Origin: an uncultured Chryseosolibacter sp.
GTDB lineage: Bacteria; Bacteroidota; Bacteroidia; Cytophagales; Cyclobacteriaceae
Reading direction: 5' to 3'
Assembly: GCA_966095595.1 (NCBI GenBank)
Contig: CBHTUB010000001.1
Coordinates: 1-45,769, forward strand
Length of the DNA stretch: 45,769 nt
The position numbers were made by a program, and so were the translations under genes. Below are positions 38,422 through 45,769 of the stretch, one piece after another. The notes below the pieces were generated by a model, which was given only the letters and a program-made list of their open reading frames with translations, was not told the DNA's origin and did not search any database. The number at the start of each line of letters is the position of its first letter. Position 1 is the stretch's first letter.

Positions 38422-38703
38422 TTAGGCTGCGGCGGATTGTTGAAAGATCTCCTGGAGTTCCTGATAGAGTTTTGCGTTCTTTTCGGAGAAGCGTGTCGGC
38501 TCGAGCTGAATCACTTTCAGGATATCCAACAATGCGTTGATCTTGCCTTCCGTCGTATAAAATTTATTCACAATCATGATCTTCTGCTCCTTCAGCACGC
38601 AGTAGCCGGACTTGAAATTGCCCTTTTCATACCGCAGGGTATAATCAGATTCGGCAATCATGTCCTCCACTTTCAGAAGGAACTGAGGTGTGTATTTAAT
38701 CAT
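38422..38703 (-). CDS. Conserved hypothetical protein (Bacteroidota)
   Basis: 93 aa with RYEKGNFKSGYC. First gene of a minus-strand cluster, behind a promoter. Confidence 0.8.
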   Translation of the reverse strand: MIKYTPQFLLKVEDMIAESDYTLRYEKGNFKSGYCVLKEQKIMIVNKFYTTEGKINALLDILKVIQLEPTRFSEKNAKLYQELQEIFQQSAAA

Positions 38704-38723
38704 AGTGGTTGTAGAATATGAAG

Positions 38724-38731
38724 CAAAGATA
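38724..38731 (-). promoter_or_regulatory. -7 element (TATCTTTG)
   Basis: Exact TAnnTTTG match 20 nt upstream of ATG 38703. Confidence 0.65.
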
Positions 38732-38804
38732 ATTCATATTTATGACTTAAAATGCCGCCATTTTTTGAAAATTTCGCGTTTTCCCGACGATCAATCACGC
38801 GCCC

Positions 38805-39722
38805 TTGGAGAGTCAATCGGTTAAATATCACACACTTGTCGTAATTGTCGGTCCTACCGCCGTAGGCAAGACGGCCGTGGCCATTACCCTGGCGAAGGCT
38901 CTTGGTACGGAAGTCGTTTCGGCCGATTCGAGGCAGATCTTCAGGGAGATGTCGATAGGCACTGCGAAGCCCACTCCGGCCGAGCTGCAGGAGGTGAAAC
39001 ACCACTTTATCGATTCTCATTCCGTACAGGAAGACTATGATGCCGCGATGTACGGCAAAGAGGCGCTCGATACCATCCGTGAGATGTTCAAGACGCACCG
39101 GCATGTTATTCTGTGCGGAGGCTCCGGACTTTACGTGAAGGCAGTGTGTGAAGGGTTTGACGAGATTCCCGAAGTGCCGGAAGAAATTCGCGAGTCGCTT
39201 GTAAAAGCGTTTGAAGACCATGGCATCGCGTGGCTGCAAGATAAGATGCGTACGCTGGATCCTGAACTTATGGGTAACATCGATATTCAGAATCCCCACA
39301 GAATGATCCGTGCGCTTGAAGTACGTCTGTCAACGGGGCGTTCCATTGCCGATTTTCGAAAGAAGGTTAGGCACGACCATGACTTCAACATTGTCCGCAT
39401 AGGCCTTGAGTTGCCGCGTGAGGTGCTTTATGAGCGGATAGATCGCAGGATGGATCAGATGATCGCCGATGGATTGTTTGAAGAGGCAAGGGCCCTTTAT
39501 CCCTATCGGGAAAAGAATGCGTTGCAAACGGTAGGTTATCAGGAGATATTCGATTATCTGGATGGCCGTTACGACTACGATGAAGCCGTGCGGCTGCTGA
39601 AGAGAAATTCGCGGAGGTATGCGAAAAGGCAGATGACCTGGTTCAAGCGGGATCCGGAGACGAGGTGGTTTCATCCGGAACAAATAACTGAAATGCTTAC
39701 ATTGATCAATCAATTCAAGTAA
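38805..39722 (+). CDS. miaA: tRNA (adenosine(37)-N6)-dimethylallyltransferase
   Basis: GPTAVGKT, SADSRQ, IGTAKP, GGSGLY and YAKRQMTWF motifs. Confidence 0.97.
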   Translation: MESQSVKYHTLVVIVGPTAVGKTAVAITLAKALGTEVVSADSRQIFREMSIGTAKPTPAELQEVKHHFIDSHSVQEDYDAAMYGKEALDTIREMFKTHRHVILCGGSGLYVKAVCEGFDEIPEVPEEIRESLVKAFEDHGIAWLQDKMRTLDPELMGNIDIQNPHRMIRALEVRLSTGRSIADFRKKVRHDHDFNIVRIGLELPREVLYERIDRRMDQMIADGLFEEARALYPYREKNALQTVGYQEIFDYLDGRYDYDEAVRLLKRNSRRYAKRQMTWFKRDPETRWFHPEQITEMLTLINQFK

Positions 39723-39724
39723 CG

Positions 39725-41029
39725 GTGAACGAAAATAAAGTTTTGATCATCACGTATTATTGGCCTCCCTCCGGGGGAAGTGGTGTTCAACGCTGGCTTA
39801 AATTCGTAAAATATTTGCCGCAGATGGGATGGCTGCCTTATGTTTTTACTCCCGAAAACCCATCCTTTCAGGTTCAGGATCCGTCACTTTTCAAGGATGT
39901 GCCCGACGAGGCTGAGGTCATACATTTTCCGATCTGGGAGCCGTACGATCTTTTCAACAGAATATCAGGACTGGCAGGTTCGAAAAATAAAACAGAGGGT
40001 GGCGTGATGTTGCCGGGTAACTCGAATGAAGGTCTTTTCAGGAAGCTAAGCACCTGGGTCCGCGGGAATTTTTTTATTCCGGATCCCAGGAGATTTTGGG
40101 TCAGGCCTTCCGTAAGATTCCTGTCAGAATTTCTCGAGGAGAATGGCATCAACGTGATCGTTACTACAGGTCCTCCACACAGCATGCACCTGATCGGGTA
40201 TCATCTGAAAAAAAGGAACAGGGCACTTAAATGGATCGCCGATTTCAGGGATCCCTGGTCTGAATGGGGATTTCTCGACAGCCTTCGTGTGAGCAAGCTG
40301 GTAAGGAATATTCACAGAAAACTCGAACGTCGTGTGCTGGTAACTGCAGACGTCGTTACTACCATCACACCTTTTTATGTAAAGCACTTTGAGCGATTGG
40401 GCGGAAGAAATGTACAGCTCCTTTCAAATGGTTTTGACGATGACGATTTTCAGTCGCTCCGGATTGAGCGAGGCAGAAAGTTTGTGATCAGGCACGTTGG
40501 CATCGTCAATGAAAAATGCGATCCGCGTCCATTCTTTAAGGCATTCGAAGATCTCCTCAGGTCGAACGCCGACTTCAGGGAATACGCCGAAGTGGAATTT
40601 ATCGGGCAGGTGCATGAAGATGTGATCCTTTTTGCAAACAGGAGTGAATTTCTTCGGACGCATGTCAAATTTACCAACAGGGTGCCGCACAAGGCATTGA
40701 TCAATCTTTACGGTTCGTCATCCGTGTTGCTATTGGTGCTCACCGGATACAAGGATGCGGAAGGTTACATGCCAGGAAAATTGTATGAATACATTGCCAC
40801 CGGATTACCGATCCTTGGTGTGGGACCGGAGACAGGCGACGCGGCTGCCCTCCTAAAGGAAACAGGGAATGGAGAGATGATCGACGGCGACCAAACGCAT
40901 CGCATCGGACAATTTTTGTTGAACGAATTCGAGCGGTGGAGGCAAGGTAAATCCACGATCATAAAAGGATCGGCCAGGAACTACAGTCGTTCGGAGCTGA
41001 CGAGGTTGCTGACCAAATTGTTTGTTTGA
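39725..41029 (+). CDS. Glycosyltransferase family 4 protein
   Basis: YYWPPSGGSGVQR, TGPPHS, DFRDPW and PGKLYEY motifs. GTG start 2 nt after the miaA stop. Confidence 0.9.
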   Translation: MNENKVLIITYYWPPSGGSGVQRWLKFVKYLPQMGWLPYVFTPENPSFQVQDPSLFKDVPDEAEVIHFPIWEPYDLFNRISGLAGSKNKTEGGVMLPGNSNEGLFRKLSTWVRGNFFIPDPRRFWVRPSVRFLSEFLEENGINVIVTTGPPHSMHLIGYHLKKRNRALKWIADFRDPWSEWGFLDSLRVSKLVRNIHRKLERRVLVTADVVTTITPFYVKHFERLGGRNVQLLSNGFDDDDFQSLRIERGRKFVIRHVGIVNEKCDPRPFFKAFEDLLRSNADFREYAEVEFIGQVHEDVILFANRSEFLRTHVKFTNRVPHKALINLYGSSSVLLLVLTGYKDAEGYMPGKLYEYIATGLPILGVGPETGDAAALLKETGNGEMIDGDQTHRIGQFLLNEFERWRQGKSTIIKGSARNYSRSELTRLLTKLFV

Positions 41030-41038
41030 TCCGATTGC

Positions 41039-41650
41039 TTACAGATTGTACAGGAATCCCATTTCAAGTGCTTTGGATACCAGCTCGGCCGCGTTATTGA
41101 CATTCAGTTTTCGCATCATGTTCCTTCGGTGAGCTTTTACCGTGAGATGTGAGATGTGCAGGCGGTCGGCAATCTGCTCGCTGGTCTTTCCACTGGCGAT
41201 CATCCGCAGTATTTCATATTCACGATCCGAGAACGGCGATTCGATCTTGCTGACGTTATTGAAGACCGGGAATATCTTCTTTCCGTTGTGTGCGTCGAGC
41301 AGCGCTTCGATCAGTGCGGCGCTTTCCATCGATTTGTTAAGATAGGCGTTGGCACCCAGCGTAAAAGCCTCGTGGGAAAAGACAGACTCTTCATGCATGC
41401 TCAGCACGGCGATCTTCAGGTCGGGATTATTAAGCCTGATCCTTTTGATGGTATCGAAACCGTTGAGCATCGGCATCTCGACGTCGATCACCAGCAAGTC
41501 CGGTTTGCAGGACCCAAGATGCTCGAGCAGATTCTGTCCATTATGAAATTTGCCGACAATATGGAATTTTCCGGTTTCAGCAAGTACGCGCTCCAATCCC
41601 TCACAGAAAAGTTTGTGATCGTCAGCCAATGCGGTCCTAATGGGATTCAT
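41039..41650 (-). CDS. NarL/FixJ family response regulator
   Basis: ADDH and DVEMP receiver domain, LuxR HTH SDREYEIL...TVKAHRRN. Confidence 0.94.
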   Translation of the reverse strand: MNPIRTALADDHKLFCEGLERVLAETGKFHIVGKFHNGQNLLEHLGSCKPDLLVIDVEMPMLNGFDTIKRIRLNNPDLKIAVLSMHEESVFSHEAFTLGANAYLNKSMESAALIEALLDAHNGKKIFPVFNNVSKIESPFSDREYEILRMIASGKTSEQIADRLHISHLTVKAHRRNMMRKLNVNNAAELVSKALEMGFLYNL

Positions 41651-44541
41651 GCGTGTGTTTTGTTAGAGTTTTCGTTAAGCGGAATTTCAATATTGTAAGA
41701 AACCCCGAATTTTCCAGAATCAAATTTAAGAGTTCCATTCAATGATCGGATCCTCGATTCAACATTGTCGAGACCGAGGCCGCTTTGAACCGGATCGTAT
41801 GTGAATCCGACACCGTTATCCTCGTAAATGATGCTAAGCAGATCCTCGAAACTGTTCACGTGAACCACAATATTTTTCGCATTCGAGTGCTTGATCGAGT
41901 TTGACAACAGCTCCTGGATGATCCTGAACACTATAATATTGATATTGTAATTGTCGACATCGGTTCCGAAGGTCTTAAGCTCGATATTGATCGGAAGGTT
42001 TTTCGCTGTTTTATAAAAATAGTTTTTGAGTGCCACAAATAGTCCATAACGTTCAAGACTGGGCGGGCTGAGGTCGTAAATGATATTTTTAAGGTCTCCG
42101 ATTGCAAGCTGAAATTGCTCTTCGACGTCATCTGCGAGCGGGTCGTGGTGATGGATGAGCAGTTGTCGAACGGATAATTTGATGGCGGTGAGGTTAGTGC
42201 CCACCCCGTCGTGAAGGTCTTTGGCTATCCTGTTCCGTTCTCTTTCGATCGTTGCAATTTCAGATTGAATAAGCTTTTGTTGATGTTCGTTGATGATTCT
42301 CAGGAACTCGTTCTTTTCGGCATATATTGCCTGCCTGTGCTTTACATAAAAGAAGGCGGTAGCCATCAACAAAAGAAAAGCTACAGGATATACAAACCAT
42401 CGCCGGTACCAGGGAGCTTTTATTTCGAATGACAAAGGTCTAAAAGCGTCATGCCAGTGATTTGAATCAGTTGTGTATTGCAGCAAAAAATTATATTTCC
42501 CTGAGGCCAGGGAGGCAAATTGGAACACCTTGTCGTCGGTATAACTCCATACCTCATCTTCGTTCAGTCTGTAGCGCAGTTTGATGTTATTGTTGGTGAA
42601 AGAAATAAATCCAAAGCTGATCTTTACGTTATTTTCATTCGGTTCAAAGATCATTTCTGAGTTTGTATTGACTGGAATATTGTTCCGGCTGACCTCTTTG
42701 ATATAAAACGACAGATTCGGGGCTGTGAATCGGGTGAACGACTGGTTAATGACGGAGAAATTATCTTGTGAAAAAGCCCATATCTCATCGTTGATCGCGG
42801 CGAGATGGTAGACAATATCCTGAGCGAGTCCGCTATGGCCGTTGATATAGTTGAAGACCGGTCTATTTGCCAGTATCGAGTCGATATTTGTTTTCACGAG
42901 GCCCTTCTCTGTTACGAGCCAGAGGTTCGGAGCCAAATGAAGCACTGCGTGAATATTGTTTGCCAAAAAATTCGTTTCATCATAATGAAGAGCGTTCCAG
43001 TTCCTTGTATTCAGGAAGAAAAGGCCGTTGCCGATCGTAGTAACAAGCAGGGTGGAGTCGTTTAGCGACATAAGTTCGGAGATCTTGTATTTCTCGAACT
43101 CAGGGACGGGGCGCATATTTTTGAAATTGTGATCGCAGGTATGCAACCCGATACGTCCGGCCATGAAATAAGCAGTATCATGCTTGATGAATTCCCTGTA
43201 TAAACCGGGAGTCCGTATGGTTTCGGTGAGGTTCAGCTGGTTGTCAAATCGATGAACACGTTGTGTTCCAAGAGCCACCACCTGGCCATCGTCGGTGTCA
43301 TGCACATCTACCGCATTTATATCGGAAATTTGCTTTATCCTGTCGAGGTTGTTGTTAAAGATCGAAAGTACCGATCCGCTGAAGAGCCATATATTATCGC
43401 TTCTATCACGATGAAATGTCAATACATATCCATCAACCAGAGGATTTCTGAAGGGGCGTTTCGATTGCTGGTCGTAAATCCAAACCTTTCCTGATTTAGT
43501 AGCAACAAGCACACGGTCGCGAGCCGCGAGGCCGACAGTTTTGATGGGAGCATCTGTGGGCAACTGGTAATTTTGAATGGTTTGATTGGGTACAATGTAA
43601 ACGCCGTTCTCCAGCGTGCTGAACCACAGCGCGCCATCTTTCGTTTGTTTAATGCATGTGACGCTCTTGTCTGAAATGAAATCTGCGCGCCAGGATGAGG
43701 TGAATCCATTGTCAGAAAATCGTTCTGCCCCTCCATTGAAATATCCGATCCAAAGATTATCGCTGTGGTCCGTAGTAAGACTGATGATCGGAGCCTTGCC
43801 ATTATAGACGATCTTAACGTCGTTCCCGTCATATTCAACCAGGCTGTTTTCAATAGAGAAGTACAGATTTCCTAGCCAGGATATTTTTCGCAGGACCCGG
43901 TTGGTTTGGTGCGCAGAAGCTACAGGGTCAATGATAAACGTTTTGCCGTCTATGGTAAACGTTTCTTTTCTGGATTCATTGGCCGCCCGCCCCATGGTAG
44001 TCAGCACACTAAGCCCTTTGTCTCTGACTCTGATATAGTTTAGCCCGAAGTTCTCACTGGTCTGAAAAAGCGTATCGGTTTGCAGGTTGCCGGTGGAGTC
44101 AATCTTGCCGTATACATTCCGCACACTGAACCAAAGCTCCCTGGTGTCGGAAAAATATTCAAAGTTGAGCAGTCCGCCTTCTATCAGTTTGGCCAGCACT
44201 TCATTGTACTTATAGCTTTCAAATTTTCCGTTGTGGAGGTAACAGATCTTTCCGGAGAACGTGCGGAGCCAAACCTTGCCTTCGCTGTCTTCCTGGAAGC
44301 CGAAGACCACCGGATCCGTTAACCCGTCTTTAACATGAAAGTTTTGAAATTCTGACCCATTGAACTTTGACAAGCCGTTGTCGGTGCAGAACCATACAAA
44401 CCCTTCCTTATCCTCATACACTTCGTAGACCTCGGAGCTGGGTAGTCCGTTCGACACTCCGTATTGCCTATAAGCCGGCGTTTGCGCAAATGCGCCCGGT
44501 AAACAGCAGATGAGACACCATAACGAAACCAGCCTTGTCAT
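41647..44541 (-). CDS. Sensor histidine kinase with beta-propeller/Y_Y_Y sensor and HisKA_3 domain
   Basis: NGLPSSEV..EDKEGFVWF repeats, TM after PWYRRW, ERNRIAKDLHDGVG, NSIKH, DNGVGF. Start ATG 44541 or GTG 44550. Confidence 0.92.
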   Translation of the reverse strand: MTRLVSLWCLICCLPGAFAQTPAYRQYGVSNGLPSSEVYEVYEDKEGFVWFCTDNGLSKFNGSEFQNFHVKDGLTDPVVFGFQEDSEGKVWLRTFSGKICYLHNGKFESYKYNEVLAKLIEGGLLNFEYFSDTRELWFSVRNVYGKIDSTGNLQTDTLFQTSENFGLNYIRVRDKGLSVLTTMGRAANESRKETFTIDGKTFIIDPVASAHQTNRVLRKISWLGNLYFSIENSLVEYDGNDVKIVYNGKAPIISLTTDHSDNLWIGYFNGGAERFSDNGFTSSWRADFISDKSVTCIKQTKDGALWFSTLENGVYIVPNQTIQNYQLPTDAPIKTVGLAARDRVLVATKSGKVWIYDQQSKRPFRNPLVDGYVLTFHRDRSDNIWLFSGSVLSIFNNNLDRIKQISDINAVDVHDTDDGQVVALGTQRVHRFDNQLNLTETIRTPGLYREFIKHDTAYFMAGRIGLHTCDHNFKNMRPVPEFEKYKISELMSLNDSTLLVTTIGNGLFFLNTRNWNALHYDETNFLANNIHAVLHLAPNLWLVTEKGLVKTNIDSILANRPVFNYINGHSGLAQDIVYHLAAINDEIWAFSQDNFSVINQSFTRFTAPNLSFYIKEVSRNNIPVNTNSEMIFEPNENNVKISFGFISFTNNNIKLRYRLNEDEVWSYTDDKVFQFASLASGKYNFLLQYTTDSNHWHDAFRPLSFEIKAPWYRRWFVYPVAFLLLMATAFFYVKHRQAIYAEKNEFLRIINEHQQKLIQSEIATIERERNRIAKDLHDGVGTNLTAIKLSVRQLLIHHHDPLADDVEEQFQLAIGDLKNIIYDLSPPSLERYGLFVALKNYFYKTAKNLPINIELKTFGTDVDNYNINIIVFRIIQELLSNSIKHSNAKNIVVHVNSFEDLLSIIYEDNGVGFTYDPVQSGLGLDNVESRIRSLNGTLKFDSGKFGVSYNIEIPLNENSNKTHA

Positions 44542-44590
44542 CAATATCACAAGATAGTGATTTGCAATAAATCGTTGACCTGTAGGTCGA

Positions 44591-45769
44591 CTAGCCGAGC
44601 GACTTCAAATTAGCAATCCAACGCGACGGCTTTTTCCATTTGTTCCAAAATCCTTTTATACGGTCAAGCTCAACGGGTTCATAAAAGCCGAGCAGATAAA
44701 GGATAAATGGGAACGCGGCCAGGATCCCGATTTTTACGATGGTCGCTATCCAAAATATCAGGTTGTCCGTAAAGGATGCAACAAATTGAAGACCAATGGC
44801 GACCGACAACATCAGGAGAATTTTCCCAAGCTCATACGGAATCGGATATTGGCGTTGTGCCACTGCGTAAATAAGAGCGAAAAAAATCAACTGTGCCAAT
44901 AGGCCGGCAGTTGCGGCTCCTATAATGCCCAACGCCGGTATCAGGAGATAGTTGAGCAAGACGTTGGCAGCGGTCACACCCATTGTTATGGTGGCAATCG
45001 CGCCGGTTTTCTTTGTGATGTTCAATCCGATCATGGAAACATCTTTTAGCATCCCAAAGAAAATTCCCACGGCCACTATGGGTACCACCTTGTATGCCTC
45101 CAGATAGACATCGTCCTTGGCAAAGACATTGATTATTTCTTTACTGAAGAACGAGAATAGCATTACAAACAGTAGGACCAAAAAACTGAGGTAAGTCATC
45201 AGTTTGGAGTAAAAGCGTTTGTTTTGCGGGTCGTTCATCATTTTGTATACAGTGGGCGTCAGAGCCAGCCAGATTGCCGTGATCAGAAATGTTTTGATCG
45301 TATTCGCCAGCTTCGCGCCCAATGAATATATCCCCGCCTCGGTCACCCCGATCAGATTGCTCAGCATGAACCGGTCGTTGAAGGCGAAAATATTCAACGC
45401 GATGACCGGCAGCAAAAACGGCATCCTGAATACAACCATATCACGCAGCTCCCGGAGTTCCAATTTGATCTCGAGATTTGCCAGTAGAAATGGCGTCAAA
45501 ATGAGGAAGTACCCGAGAACACCGACCATCTGGGCGTAGTAGACGCCGGCCAGGCCGAGGCCTTTGAAAATGATGAAGTACAATGTAAAGGCTATCGTCA
45601 ACACCAGCTTGCTGACGTTGCTGAATGTAAATAACCCCGGTCTTTCATTGAGACGGATAAGTGTATTGGGCGTCTGCGACAGCATCTCGAGGCAGGAGCA
45701 AATGATCATCAATTGAAAGATGTACTGATACGACGCATCCTCGAAAACAAGTTTCGAAATGGTATTGCT
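44591..45769 (-). CDS. Polysaccharide/oligosaccharide flippase (Wzx/MATE-like), 5'-truncated by window edge
   Basis: Many TM helices, DRFML...AGIYSLG, LNYLLIP..GIIGAA. The frame is open to the window end. Confidence 0.88.
   Translation of the reverse strand, partial: SNTISKLVFEDASYQYIFQLMIICSCLEMLSQTPNTLIRLNERPGLFTFSNVSKLVLTIAFTLYFIIFKGLGLAGVYYAQMVGVLGYFLILTPFLLANLEIKLELRELRDMVVFRMPFLLPVIALNIFAFNDRFMLSNLIGVTEAGIYSLGAKLANTIKTFLITAIWLALTPTVYKMMNDPQNKRFYSKLMTYLSFLVLLFVMLFSFFSKEIINVFAKDDVYLEAYKVVPIVAVGIFFGMLKDVSMIGLNITKKTGAIATITMGVTAANVLLNYLLIPALGIIGAATAGLLAQLIFFALIYAVAQRQYPIPYELGKILLMLSVAIGLQFVASFTDNLIFWIATIVKIGILAAFPFILYLLGFYEPVELDRIKGFWNKWKKPSRWIANLKSLG

Noticed and set aside
37963-39299. Long antisense ORFs (37963..38721, 38700..39299; likewise 1754..2338, 7217..7792, 14815..15393)
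   Set aside because: Shadow frames opposite well-supported genes, with no recognisable domains.
1-45769. Genome-wide reassignment of TAA
   Set aside because: TAA ends metG, rplY, prs, acpP and pyk at their expected C-termini, some followed by terminators.
1-45769. CRISPR array, IS element, integrase or prophage at the tRNA
   Set aside because: No repeat-spacer array, transposase or integrase seen. The tRNA is flanked by core genes and I noticed no duplicated 3' end.

Overview
Core-genome segment of a Bacteroidota bacterium, probably Cytophagales (Chryseolinea/Ohtaekwangia-like by my recollection of the proteins; no search was run). The phylum call rests on TAnnTTTG promoters, A-rich leaders without obvious Shine-Dalgarno sequences, and an IPExxxVDY-pyk pair. 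Contents in order: 3' part of metG, tRNA-Gln-prs-rplY-pth, purL, an ECF sigma factor, a TetR-TolC-MFP-RND efflux operon, gntK-gnd, an RRM protein, outer-membrane barrel genes, lgt, nadE, acpP-fabF-rnc, pyk, an NFACT/RqcH-like gene, miaA, a GT4, a two-component pair and a truncated flippase. I saw no mobile element, CRISPR array or defence system. The main anomalies: (1) single in-frame TAA stops interrupt two neighbouring, otherwise intact genes (purL and a DUF4136-like lipoprotein); (2) an unannotated 34-aa single-TM protein has its own promoter; (3) a ComEA-type HhH domain is fused to a beta-barrel and paired with a PorV/FadL-like barrel behind a perfect palindrome; (4) opposed heptamer repeats lie between rnc and nadE. 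None of these is an established new system. The HhH-barrel pair and the small protein are the best candidates, and the TAA stops need a read-level check first.
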